64,000 bases of DNA from a virus: positions 30,638 to 94,637 of the IMG/VR virus record IMGVR_UViG_3300025875_000621. The stretch is one strand, 5' to 3'. Under the pieces are notes generated by a model. The model ran no database searches. It saw only the letters and a program-made list of their open reading frames with translations, and was not told the DNA's origin. Numbering within the stretch: position 1 is the first letter of the stretch; every line of letters begins with the position of its first letter. The position numbers and the translations under genes are program-made. Shown in pieces: positions 46,864-55,769 of the stretch.

Positions 46864-48009
46864 GTGAGTGACACCCCCTGGACGTACACGTTCTACGACA
46901 TGCGGACCCGTGAGGAGCTGGCCGTGCTCCCGCTCACCGGCGTCAGCTACACGCGCGCCATTCGGGGTGTCGGTGGCCTGAACGCCTCCCTGGACCTGGG
47001 GCCGGACAAGACGCGGAAGCTGAACCCGTGGCGGGCCACCCGCGGCCGCCGCACCGCCCTGTACGTGGAGTACGGGGAGGACATGGTGTGGGGCGGCCCG
47101 GTCACCTTCCGGGAGCGCAGCGACACCTCAGAGGTCATGTCCATCAGTGGAGTGACCTGGGAGGGCTGGCTGCACCGGCAGCGCCTGATGAGCACCATCC
47201 CCCTGCAGCGCCTGCCCCTCCCGTTCGCGCTTCGCCTGCTGCTGGTGAACGCGCAGCAGGTGACGAACGTGGGCCTGGAGCTATTCGACTACATCAGGGG
47301 CGGCATCACCTTCCCGGGCGGGGACCTGTGGAACCGCCTGGAGGACGTGGGCCCCTACCCCGCGGAGGAGGTGAAGCCCGTGCTGGAGCTGATGGAGGAG
47401 TACCCCACCTCCGTGGACCGGGAAGCGGAGTTCGCGATCCGTCCCCGGCGGAACGCCACCACCGGCCGGGTGGAGCTGCCCATGATGGTGGGCATCCCCA
47501 CCCTGGGCCGCCGGTACGAGGACACGGGCCTGAACTTCTCCTGGCCGCAGGGAGACCTGCTGCACTGGAAGCTGGTGGAGGACGGCTCCGGGGCGGACAA
47601 CGTGATGCCGCTGCTGGGCGCCGGCAGCGGACCCACCCAGCCGTTTGAGACCATCAGGGACCAGGACGCCGGGGTGGATGAGCTGGCGTCCGGCTACCCG
47701 TCCTGGATGCGGGACTACCGCGCGCAGGACGTGGACGATGAGCTGGCGCTGCGGCGGCGGGGTGTGGCTGAGATGCGCACCGGCCTGGCCAGTGAGTACG
47801 TGTTCACCGGGGTGGAGGTGAACCCCACCGCCTACATCGGCCGCGTGGACCCGGGGGATGACGTGGGCCTCCAGATCACGTCCAAGGCGCTGGAGGAGTG
47901 GCCGGCCGCGGTCACCACCATCACCCGGGTGCTGGGGGAGAGCGTCACCGTGGGGGACGGCGGCGCCGGGGACAGCGTGAAGCTGACCGTGGGCGGGGTG
48001 GCCGCGTGA
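46864..48009 (+). CDS. minor tail protein (ReqiPepy6 Gp37-like / Tal)
   Basis: LPL.GVSY...VWGGPV...GAGSG...PGDDV. Confidence 0.75.
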   Translation: MSDTPWTYTFYDMRTREELAVLPLTGVSYTRAIRGVGGLNASLDLGPDKTRKLNPWRATRGRRTALYVEYGEDMVWGGPVTFRERSDTSEVMSISGVTWEGWLHRQRLMSTIPLQRLPLPFALRLLLVNAQQVTNVGLELFDYIRGGITFPGGDLWNRLEDVGPYPAEEVKPVLELMEEYPTSVDREAEFAIRPRRNATTGRVELPMMVGIPTLGRRYEDTGLNFSWPQGDLLHWKLVEDGSGADNVMPLLGAGSGPTQPFETIRDQDAGVDELASGYPSWMRDYRAQDVDDELALRRRGVAEMRTGLASEYVFTGVEVNPTAYIGRVDPGDDVGLQITSKALEEWPAAVTTITRVLGESVTVGDGGAGDSVKLTVGGVAA

Positions 48010-48650
48010 GCAGTGACCCGGAGGTCGCATCCCTCACCGCCATGGTGGCGCGCATGCAGCGGGAGCTGCGGGAGCTGGCCACCGGTAATCCCCTGAACCG
48101 CGGGTCCGTGCAGCACGCGAACGGCGGGTACGTGTCCCTGTCCTCCATCGCCTTCGGGCAGGTGACCTATGAGTCGCCGAACGATGGGCAGTCCGCCACC
48201 CTGACCCAGGCCCAGGACGTCAGCGGGTTCGGCACCGGGTTCCGTGACATAGGCCCCCCCGTGACCCTGGACGTGCTCGTCACCGGAGGCGCCCTGCGGG
48301 TGGACATCAGCACCAGCATCTTCCTGCGCATGAACAGCGGCACGGACCCCCTCTCAGAGATCAACGGGACGATGAGCTACGCGCTGCTGGGGCCCGTGGA
48401 GTCCCAGGAACTGCTGAACCCGGGGTCCCCCGTGGCCGTCCCCCCGGACTCGTTCTCCGCGGTCTCCGTGTCCTGCGCGGCGCCCGCGCCACGCATCCAG
48501 CTGACCGCCGGCAACTTCGCCACGCACGCTGGCCTCCGGCCCGGCTGGTACCGGATCGCCGCCCGGTACTCCCTGACCTACGCGGCGTCTGCCAAGGCGT
48601 CCGCGTTCGCTGACTTCTACGGCCAGCGGCTGGCCGCCACACCCCTGTGA
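48006..48650 (+). CDS. minor tail protein
   Basis: N-terminal coiled coil then beta-rich domain; GTGA coupling. Confidence 0.65.
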   Translation: MSSDPEVASLTAMVARMQRELRELATGNPLNRGSVQHANGGYVSLSSIAFGQVTYESPNDGQSATLTQAQDVSGFGTGFRDIGPPVTLDVLVTGGALRVDISTSIFLRMNSGTDPLSEINGTMSYALLGPVESQELLNPGSPVAVPPDSFSAVSVSCAAPAPRIQLTAGNFATHAGLRPGWYRIAARYSLTYAASAKASAFADFYGQRLAATPL

Positions 48651-48669
48651 CGAACCCGAAGGAGACCCC

Positions 48670-48936
48670 GTGAGTGACACCGCACTGCCCGTGGATCAGC
48701 CCAGCGCCGCGCCCACCAGGAAGTGGGTGGCCGGGACCAGTACCGGCGGCGGCACCCTGGTGCTGGTGTGGGCGGCTGGGCAGCTGGGCGTGGACATGCC
48801 GCCGGAGGTGGCGGGCGCGCTGGTGCTGGCCGCTGGGGCGGCCGCGGCGTGGCTGCGGCGGAACAAGGCGGTGCTGGTGCGGGAGACCGGCGGCCGCCAC
48901 ACGGACGCGGACGGGGACGGCTTCCCGGACCGCTGA
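48670..48936 (+). CDS. holin-like protein
   Basis: PTRKW, two TMs flanking DMPPEVAGA; ends the tail module. Confidence 0.65.
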   Translation: MSDTALPVDQPSAAPTRKWVAGTSTGGGTLVLVWAAGQLGVDMPPEVAGALVLAAGAAAAWLRRNKAVLVRETGGRHTDADGDGFPDR

Positions 48937-48941
48937 CGCAG

Positions 48942-48980
48942 CAGGGCCCCCTCACCGCGCGGCTGGTGGAGGGGGCCCTG
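48942..48980 (+). terminator. late operon terminator hairpin
   Basis: CAGGGCCCCCTC...GAGGGGGCCCTG. Confidence 0.7.
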
Positions 48981-49052
48981 TGCTGTCCCGGGTAGAGCCG
49001 GGACCGGAGGGGAGCGTACCTCCGCGGGCGGCGGCGTGCATCACCGGTGCAC

Positions 49053-49100
49053 GGTGCGTACACTCCCCATGTACGCACCCCACCTGAGGAGACCCCCATG
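49053..49100 (+). promoter_or_regulatory. promoter-operator plus CTGAGGAG RBS
   Basis: GGTGCGTACA-CTCCCCA-TGTACGCACC then CACCTGAGGAGACCCCCATG. Confidence 0.75.
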
Positions 49101-49739
49101 ACGTCAGCCATGCCACCGCGCCGGCCAGAGGAGGAGACCGCGGCCGCGTACCGCAGACTCTCCGCCCAGGGAGCGTGCTGCGGCCACACCCGCAGCGTGC
49201 ACGCACCGGACGGCTGCCGCGTCTGCCAGCTGCAGCCCCGCTCCACCACCCCGCTGTGCCCCGGCTGGCAGGCCCCGGATGAGCAGGACGCCCGGTACGC
49301 CCAGTACGCCCGCGGCGGCACCCCGGACCCCGGCCAGACCCAGGAGCAGGTGGGCTGCCCGGACAGCGCCCGCTGCCACTACGAGTGCCGGACTAACTGC
49401 TGGCGGGTCCTGAACGTGAGCCCCATGGCCGGGGTGTTCCAGGGGGACCGGTGGCCCGCTGGGATCACCGCCGCGCACAGCGTGGCCCGCGCGCACGGCC
49501 ACACCCCGCCGGATGACGGCGTGGTGGACGCGGAGGTGCTGGAGCCCTGGGCGTGGCTGGAGCAGGAGGACCCGGACCGCCTGGTGCCGCTGGCCGCCGT
49601 CCGGGCCGCCTTCATGGCGGGGCACGATGCCGGGACCAGCTGGACGGTGCCCGCGGAGGGAGAGGCCCAGGCGGAGCCGGACTGGCTGGCCTGGGGCCAG
49701 GAGCACGGCTACTACCCGGCCACCGGGGAGCTGTCGTGA
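49098..49739 (+). CDS. Cys-rich hypothetical protein
   Basis: CCGH..H..C..C; strong RBS. Confidence 0.65.
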   Translation: MTSAMPPRRPEEETAAAYRRLSAQGACCGHTRSVHAPDGCRVCQLQPRSTTPLCPGWQAPDEQDARYAQYARGGTPDPGQTQEQVGCPDSARCHYECRTNCWRVLNVSPMAGVFQGDRWPAGITAAHSVARAHGHTPPDDGVVDAEVLEPWAWLEQEDPDRLVPLAAVRAAFMAGHDAGTSWTVPAEGEAQAEPDWLAWGQEHGYYPATGELS

Positions 49740-50257
49740 GCCACGTGCCGGACCGGCTGACCGGCGCTCCGCTGCCCACGGAGCCGCCTACCCCGGAGCA
49801 GGCGGCCGCGGAGCAGGCCGCCCTGAACGTCCCCGTGGGCAGCGGCGGACCTGGTGCCTGCACGGACCCGCGCTGCCCCACGCACCGGTTCGGCCGTCAC
49901 GTGCACACCGCCAGCCGAACCTGGCTCCTGCCCCCGGAGACGGCGCCGGTGCCGGACCCGGAGGACGCCGGGTGGGTGGACCGGTACAGCCGGGGCTTCA
50001 CCTGCGTGCCGTGCCGGGGGACTGGCCGGACCATCCACCACGACCTGCCGGACGGCAGCGCCCGCGCTCAGAGTTGCCTGACCTGCAGCGGCAGCGGCCG
50101 CCAGCCACATAAGCGCCTGCAGGAGGTGGTGGCGTTCGGGGAGGAGCTGGCGGAGCTGGCGCTGAACCTGGAGGACGACGCGGCGGCCGCCCGGCTGGTG
50201 CACATCGCAGCCCGGCTGCGCGCGCTCCCGGTCAACCTGGCGGGGGAGCAGCTGTGA
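49736..50257 (+). CDS. protein with DnaJ-type CxxCxGxG motifs
   Basis: CVPCRGTG and CLTCSGSG. Confidence 0.6.
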   Translation: MSHVPDRLTGAPLPTEPPTPEQAAAEQAALNVPVGSGGPGACTDPRCPTHRFGRHVHTASRTWLLPPETAPVPDPEDAGWVDRYSRGFTCVPCRGTGRTIHHDLPDGSARAQSCLTCSGSGRQPHKRLQEVVAFGEELAELALNLEDDAAAARLVHIAARLRALPVNLAGEQL

Positions 50258-50280
50258 CCGCCGCTGCACTGGACGGCCCC

Positions 50281-50299
50281 CGTACCCTGGGGGTGTACA
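50281..50299 (+). promoter_or_regulatory. operator/promoter copy upstream of the HTH gene
   Basis: CGTACC-CTGGGGG-TGTACA with TACCCT. Confidence 0.55.
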
Positions 50300-50322
50300 T
50301 CATCGACGCAGAGGAGGAGCCA

Positions 50323-50643
50323 GTGGCCGCCAGGCGCACGCCAGAGAAGCCGCCCGTGGGGCTGCCGGAGGTGGCCGCCATGTTCGGCGTGTCCGCCAAG
50401 ACGCCCGTGCGGTGGGGGTACCGCTCCCGGCTGGGTGAGATGCCCGTGCCGTTCCCGGAGCCGGACTTCACGATCAGCCGCGGCGTGCCCGGCTGGTACC
50501 GGTCCACCATCGACCGCTGGGCGCAGGAGAGCGGCCGCCCCATCGTGGCGGAGCCGCAGTACGTGCGCCGGGCCGGTGCGGAGGACGCTGTGGACAGCGC
50601 GGAGGAGACCCCGGAGGGTGCCCTGGTCACCGCGGGTAGCTGA
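50323..50643 (+). CDS. AlpA/Xis-like HTH DNA-binding protein
   Basis: VGLPEVAAMFGVS...FPEPD...W..STI.RWA; GAGGAGGAG RBS (alternative start 50254). Confidence 0.75.
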   Translation: MAARRTPEKPPVGLPEVAAMFGVSAKTPVRWGYRSRLGEMPVPFPEPDFTISRGVPGWYRSTIDRWAQESGRPIVAEPQYVRRAGAEDAVDSAEETPEGALVTAGS

Positions 50644-50782
50644 GGCCAGGGCGGTCCTCCCACCCGGGGGGCCGCCCTTCGGCGCGTGATCCGGCGGGTG
50701 CATAGAGTCACCTGCCTGCCCTAGACGTACTGCACCCCCGCACCGCTGGCAGGCGGCCGGGGGCATGGACTGAGGAGTCCCG

Positions 50783-50845
50783 ATGATCGTAGCGGCATGC
50801 CCTGACAGGAACCAGCGCGCTCACCCCATCGGGTGGTGCTGCTGA
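50783..50845 (+). CDS. putative 20-aa leader peptide coupled to rep
   Basis: CTGAGGAG RBS at 50770-50777; MIVAACPDRNQRAHPIGWCC; TGA directly abuts the rep GTG. Confidence 0.55.
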   Translation: MIVAACPDRNQRAHPIGWCC

Positions 50846-51811
50846 GTGGCCGTCCACTACACGGAGCGGGCGGCAGTGCTGCCGCTCCAGCCAGGTAAGA
50901 AGCTGGTGCTGATGTGCGTGGCGGACTCCGCCAACGCGGACAACCGGGTGGGGTTCCCCGGGTTCGATGCTCTCCAGAAGTGGTCCGGGCTGGCCCGCTC
51001 CACGGTGTACAAGGTGCTGGAGCAGCTGGTGGAGGACGGCTGGCTGGCGCGGTACGGCGCCGGCGGCCGCGGGAAGCGCGCGGAGTTCCTGGTGTTCCCG
51101 CACGGGGACTGCTGCCCTATGCACGGACCGCTCCCTGGCTACGCAGAGCGACGTCCGGGTGACCACTCCTCAGGGTCCAGCCCAGTGGACCCTGAGGAGG
51201 ACGGTGCAGATGGGGCGGAAACCTGTGCACAGACCCCTGTGGAAACTGTGGATACAGACCCTAAAGCTGAACTCCAGGGTCCACAGCAGGGTCCACCCCA
51301 GGGTGGACCCCTTCCCAGCTCCCCTACTAGGACTACTTCTAGGGGGTCTCTTACGGAAGTAGGGGCGGGGCCAGCTGTGGACAGCCCCCCTCCCTCATCC
51401 CCTCCAGCCGCCGGGGCTGCGCCCCTGGCGGAGACGGACCCGGAGCCCGGCTCCCGCTGCCACGTCCACCTGGTCTACCCCGCCACCGGCCCGTGCCAGG
51501 ACTGCGGGGACGCCCGACTGCGGCACCGGGCCTGGGAGGAGCGGCAGGTGCAGCGCCGGCGCGCGGCGGACGCCCAGGAGCGGGCCGCCGCCGCGGAGAC
51601 CCGCGCGCTGACCCGCGCCGCGGTGGCCGCCTGCCGCCTGTGCACCGCGCACGGCCGGGTGACGCTGGAGGGCGTCACCGTGGCCTGCCAGCACGACACG
51701 GCGCGGAACCTGCGCGCTGTGCGCTCTCGGGCGGAGGCGCGGCGCGCGGCTGGGCTGGACCAGGACCCGCCGGACGCTGAGGGTCCACCCGCGGAGACCG
51801 CCACCGGCTGA
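50846..51811 (+). CDS. replication initiator (N-terminal wHTH, C-terminal Cys cluster)
   Basis: KLVLMCVADSAN...FPG...L...SGL.RSTV...L..L...GW; CRLC..HG...CQH. Confidence 0.75.
   Translation: MAVHYTERAAVLPLQPGKKLVLMCVADSANADNRVGFPGFDALQKWSGLARSTVYKVLEQLVEDGWLARYGAGGRGKRAEFLVFPHGDCCPMHGPLPGYAERRPGDHSSGSSPVDPEEDGADGAETCAQTPVETVDTDPKAELQGPQQGPPQGGPLPSSPTRTTSRGSLTEVGAGPAVDSPPPSSPPAAGAAPLAETDPEPGSRCHVHLVYPATGPCQDCGDARLRHRAWEERQVQRRRAADAQERAAAAETRALTRAAVAACRLCTAHGRVTLEGVTVACQHDTARNLRAVRSRAEARRAAGLDQDPPDAEGPPAETATG
51171..51384. repeat. candidate replication origin within rep (iterons and DnaA-box-like motifs)
   Basis: CAGGGTCCA(C) at 51171, 51275, 51287 and inverted at 51185; TGTGGAAAC, TGTGGATAC, TGTGGACAG; AT-richer patch 51325-51361. 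Confidence 0.55.
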
Positions 51812-51919
51812 CCCGGACACGCAGCGCGACCGCCTGTTGGCGGACTGTCACTGGACACTGCTACTGTCCACCAGGGGAGTACACCTGTACCCCCGCACCT
51901 CGTAGAGGAGGACCTGCAC

Positions 51920-53200
51920 GTGAGCACTGAACTAGCAGTCCGGGGCGGCGCGTCCGCCCTGACCATCCAGGACGGCCAGACCACCTGGACCCCGCAGCAG
52001 CTGGCCACGCTAGAGCAGCTGGGCGTGGCCGGAGCCAGTGAGGGTGACCTGGCGGTGTTCTTCCACCAGTCCGTCCGTACCGGGCTGGACCCGTTCGCTA
52101 AGCAGCTGTACATGATCGCCCGGAAGGACCGGGCCAACGTGAACGGCCAGTGGGTGGACGTCCTGAAATGGACCATCCAGACCGGGATCGACGGCTACCG
52201 CCTGGTGGCCCGCCGCGCCGCGGACCGCGCTGGCCAGCAGCTGACGTACGACGACACGCTGTGGTGCGGCCCGGACGGCGTGTGGCGTGACGTCTGGCTG
52301 CAGCCGCAGGCGCCGCTGGCGGCGAAGGTGGTGGTGTACCGCGGCGCGGAACGGTTCTCCGCGGTGGCGCACTGGCCGGAGTACGTGCAGACGAAGCGCA
52401 CCGCGGACGGAGACGTGCCGAACAGCATGTGGGCCCGCATGGGCCGGAACCAGCTGGCGAAGTGCGCGGAGGCCCTGGCCCTGCGTAAGGCGTTCCCGCA
52501 GGACCTGTCCGGCATCTACACGGACGACGAGATGGGGCAGGCGGACTCCCAGGCTGAGCGGCAGGCGGAGGAGACCCGGCAGCGGGAGGAGCAGCGCGCC
52601 GCCCAGCGCGTGGCCTCCACCCGCGGCCAGGCCCAGCCCAGCCAGGCCGCGCAGACCGTGGAGGGGGAGGTGGCCGCGGAGCCCGTGGACGCCCGGCCCG
52701 CCCGCGCCGCCCGGGTGGAGCGCACCGCGGAGCAGTGGCTGCAGGCCGTGGCGGACGCCCACACCCTGGACGCCTGCCACCGCCTGTTCCATGAGGCCCG
52801 CGCCGCGGGCTGGGAGAACCGGGACGTGGACGGCACGGACCTGGGAGACCGGATCAAGGCCCGCGCGGAGCAGCTGCAGCAGCGGCCGCAGACCGCCGCG
52901 CAGAAGGAGGCGGCCGCGGCGGCGCCGGAGCAGCCTGCCGCGGAGACCCCGGCGGAGCCCGCCGCCCCGGCCGCCCCCCAGGTGGACCCGGAGGACATGT
53001 GCCGGGACACCCCGGTCCGCCGCGGCGTGATGCTGGCCTTGGTGGAGCTGCTGGCCTCTGACGCTCCCACCCCGGAGCTGGCCACCGCCATGGTGGCTGA
53101 CGCCGCCCAGGAGGAGTACGGCGTCCCCGTGGAGCAGATCAGCACGAAGCGGCTCCGGGACTGGCTGACGCAGCGCACCCGCGGCATCAGCGCCGCCTGA
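51920..53200 (+). CDS. bet: single-strand annealing recombinase (Bet/RecT family)
   Basis: TGLDPFAKQLY, IQTGIDGYR, QLAKCAEALALRKAFP, SGIYT.DEM. Confidence 0.92.
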   Translation: MSTELAVRGGASALTIQDGQTTWTPQQLATLEQLGVAGASEGDLAVFFHQSVRTGLDPFAKQLYMIARKDRANVNGQWVDVLKWTIQTGIDGYRLVARRAADRAGQQLTYDDTLWCGPDGVWRDVWLQPQAPLAAKVVVYRGAERFSAVAHWPEYVQTKRTADGDVPNSMWARMGRNQLAKCAEALALRKAFPQDLSGIYTDDEMGQADSQAERQAEETRQREEQRAAQRVASTRGQAQPSQAAQTVEGEVAAEPVDARPARAARVERTAEQWLQAVADAHTLDACHRLFHEARAAGWENRDVDGTDLGDRIKARAEQLQQRPQTAAQKEAAAAAPEQPAAETPAEPAAPAAPQVDPEDMCRDTPVRRGVMLALVELLASDAPTPELATAMVADAAQEEYGVPVEQISTKRLRDWLTQRTRGISAA

Positions 53201-53213
53201 CCCGCATCACCGC

Positions 53214-53247
53214 CCGGGGGTCTGTGCAGCCCTGCACAGACCCCCGG
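53214..53247 (+). terminator. intergenic hairpin
   Basis: CCGGGGGTCTGTGCA-gccc-TGCACAGACCCCCGG. Confidence 0.55.
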
Positions 53248-53291
53248 CGCGCACCCACCAGCCAGCACACCCACGGGGGAGACCCAGCACC

Positions 53292-54506
53292 ATGACCATG
53301 ACGGACACCACCCATGACCTGACGGCCGCGATCCGGCGCGTGGACGCACGCCGCACCCGCAGCCGCCAGAAGAAGATCGGCGCCAGTGACGTGGGCACCT
53401 GCCGCCGCCGGACCGGCTACAAGCTGGCCGGGACGAAGCCCACGAACGCGGAGACCGGCCTGCAGGCAGCCATGGGCACCATGCTGCATAAGGGCGTGCT
53501 GGCCGTCCTCCGCCAGGAGTACGGCGCGCTCACGGAGGTGCGCCTGGACAGTGACATGGTGCGTGGCCACACGGACGCCCTGTACTGGTACCCCCCGGAG
53601 CAGGTCCTGCGGTACGGCGGCACCGGGGTGTGGTTCTCCTCTCTGCGCCCCATCGACGTGCAGCGGCTGCAGATGCGCGCCGCCCTCATCGCGGCCGGAG
53701 AGGACCCGGACTCCGCCACCGTGGAGGACGTCAAGACGAAGGGGCTGTACGCCTACCAGCAGGTGGAGGACGCCGGGCCCCGGCTCTCTGAGTGGTTCCA
53801 GGTCCACATCTACGCGTGGCTGCTGCGCACCGGCCAGACCGTGGACCCCCGCCGCGGCTACCCCACCGGCGTGAAGGTCCCCGTGGACACCGTGCGCCTG
53901 CGCTTCCTGAACCGGGACAACGGCCAGAGCTTCCCCCGGGAGGCGCCCTACGATCCGGCGATCACCGCGGAGGCCCTGGGCTGGATCGCGGAGGTGCTGG
54001 AGCAGCTGGAGGCCGGTGGCCCGGAGAACGTCACCCGGGACGGGTACGGCCCCTCCACGTCCATCATCTGCAAGTCCTGCCCGTTCCTGGACGCCTGCTG
54101 GGGCCCGCAGCCCCTGGGCCCGGAGGGCTTCACCCGGGAGTCTGAGGTGATCCGGGAGGACGCGGACGTGGAGCTGGCCCTGATGGAGTACGACCGCGGC
54201 CGCGCCCTGGAGCGGGACGGTAAGCAGATCAAGGACCGGAGCCGGGCAGCACTGGACGCCGCGGCCCCGGGTATCTACGGGGACAACCAGCTGTCCTGGA
54301 AGCGGTCAGACGCAAAGTACGTGCTGGATGCTGACCAGGCCCTCATCATGCTGGAGGAGGCCGGGCTGGAGCCGCCCATGAAGTGGAAGGACCCCAGCCG
54401 GTCCATCAGTGTCCGCCCCCGCCCCGTGGCCACCCAGCCCGCGGCCCAGAAGAAGAAGCCGGCACGGAAGCCGGTCACGGAGACCACGGAGACCAGCGGA
54501 GGCTGA
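53292..54506 (+). CDS. Cas4-like PD-(D/E)xK exonuclease
   Basis: IGASDVGTCRR, GT.LH, GH.D, DVKT, QVHIY, CKSCPFLDAC. Confidence 0.85.
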   Translation: MTMTDTTHDLTAAIRRVDARRTRSRQKKIGASDVGTCRRRTGYKLAGTKPTNAETGLQAAMGTMLHKGVLAVLRQEYGALTEVRLDSDMVRGHTDALYWYPPEQVLRYGGTGVWFSSLRPIDVQRLQMRAALIAAGEDPDSATVEDVKTKGLYAYQQVEDAGPRLSEWFQVHIYAWLLRTGQTVDPRRGYPTGVKVPVDTVRLRFLNRDNGQSFPREAPYDPAITAEALGWIAEVLEQLEAGGPENVTRDGYGPSTSIICKSCPFLDACWGPQPLGPEGFTRESEVIREDADVELALMEYDRGRALERDGKQIKDRSRAALDAAAPGIYGDNQLSWKRSDAKYVLDADQALIMLEEAGLEPPMKWKDPSRSISVRPRPVATQPAAQKKKPARKPVTETTETSGG

Positions 54507-54507
54507 C

Positions 54508-54825
54508 ATGACCCGGACGCGCGTACTCCTGGAGCTGGTGGCGGCTGACGGCCGCCTGGACCCGGAGGCGTGGCGCCTGGCGCACCGTGACCGGACCCCC
54601 GTGGCTGTCTGCAGCTGCGGGGGTCCGGTGTACACGGACGACGACGGGCCGGAGTACGTGGTGCACTTCGGCGTCCGCTGGCACTCCCTGCGCTGCAGCA
54701 GCTGCCACTCCACCAGTGAGCTGCCGGCCACCCGCGTCCTGCCCACGGTGGAGCACCGGCCGTCCACCGCCCGCGTGGCTGCCGCGGCCGCGCTGGAGCG
54801 CCGGAAGCTGGCGGACCACCTGTGA
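54508..54825 (+). CDS. Zn-ribbon protein
   Basis: CSCGG...CSSC. Confidence 0.6.
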   Translation: MTRTRVLLELVAADGRLDPEAWRLAHRDRTPVAVCSCGGPVYTDDDGPEYVVHFGVRWHSLRCSSCHSTSELPATRVLPTVEHRPSTARVAAAAALERRKLADHL

Positions 54826-54992
54826 CCTGGCAGAGCGCGGAGCAGGAGCTGCTGGACCTGGAGCGCACGGACCCGGAGGTGCGCGCCGCGGCCGCCAGCC
54901 TGGACCGCGCAGTGGAGCACGTCCTGCGCGGCGTGCCCGTGACCCGCTTCCGTAAGAGCACGCCGGACCGGCCCGTGGAGGTGCTGAGGTGA
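54822..54992 (+). CDS. small hypothetical protein
   Basis: coupled GTGA at both ends; DPEVRAAAASLD. Confidence 0.55.
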   Translation: MTWQSAEQELLDLERTDPEVRAAAASLDRAVEHVLRGVPVTRFRKSTPDRPVEVLR

Positions 54993-55516
54993 GAGACCCG
55001 GACGAGTGGCCCGTGCCGGAGCGGATCACCTGGGCCCTGGACATGCCGCAGGCCCCCGGCGCGGAGGGCCCACTGGAGGGCCCGGGGGTGGACGAGTTCT
55101 GCGGCGTCCAGGAGCCCACGGTGGACCTGTGGGAGACGGGGGAGGTGATTCCCTCAGAGGAGGAGCTGGCCCGGCTGGCGGAGCTGACCGGCTACTCGCT
55201 GGAGTGGTTCTACCGGCCGGTGCTGGACCTGTCCGGGCCGGGCACGTTCATGTGCGTGGGGGACGGGCCGCGGCACGGCTGCTACCACCCGGATGACCCG
55301 GCGCTGCTGACCGCACTGGCGCTGGCGGACGTGGGGGAGGTGTCCCGCGTGCCTCGCCCGGCGCCCCGCCCGCAGCCCTCCACTCCCCGGGCAGAGCCCC
55401 GCCGGCGCACGGTCACCGTCACCACCGCGTCCATGCCGGAGTGCCTGGGCTGCCAGGCGCCCATGCGGCGGACCGTCTGGGTGACCCGGCACGGCCGCTG
55501 CTCCAGCTGCAGCTGA
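54989..55516 (+). CDS. XRE-like HTH protein
   Basis: VD..CGV.EPTVDLWETG...PS.EEL..LAELTG....WF. Confidence 0.65.
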   Translation: MRDPDEWPVPERITWALDMPQAPGAEGPLEGPGVDEFCGVQEPTVDLWETGEVIPSEEELARLAELTGYSLEWFYRPVLDLSGPGTFMCVGDGPRHGCYHPDDPALLTALALADVGEVSRVPRPAPRPQPSTPRAEPRRRTVTVTTASMPECLGCQAPMRRTVWVTRHGRCSSCS

Positions 55517-55554
55517 CGTCCCGGCGTGTCCACCCTTCCCACCACGGCACCCGT

Positions 55555-55707
55555 GTGCGTACACTCCCCATGTACGGCACGGACGGGACCCCCTCCACTG
55601 GGGGCCGACACCGGCGAGGCAGAACACCACCGGGGCGCTGGAACGCCACCAGCGAACTGACCGCCGCACGCAGGAGCCCCAGCCGCACACCAGCGGCTGG
55701 GGCTCCT
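55555..55707 (+). ncRNA. candidate small RNA behind an operator-promoter
   Basis: GTGCGTACACTCCCCATGTACG copy with no RBS after it; internal hairpins; closing hairpin 55672-55707. Confidence 0.35.
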
Positions 55708-55721
55708 CCAGTCAGACAGCA

Positions 55722-55757
55722 CAGAGCCCCCCCACCCAGACGGGTGAGGGGGCTCTG
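55722..55757. terminator. bidirectional terminator, inverted copy of 16707-16740
   Basis: CAGAGCCCCCCCACCC-agac-GGGTGAGGGGGCTCTG. Confidence 0.75.
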
Positions 55758-55769
55758 CTGCGTACGCGG

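Noticed and set aside
53292-54506. Cas4-like gene as evidence of CRISPR-Cas
   Set aside because: No array or other cas genes; it sits beside bet as the usual phage recombination exonuclease.
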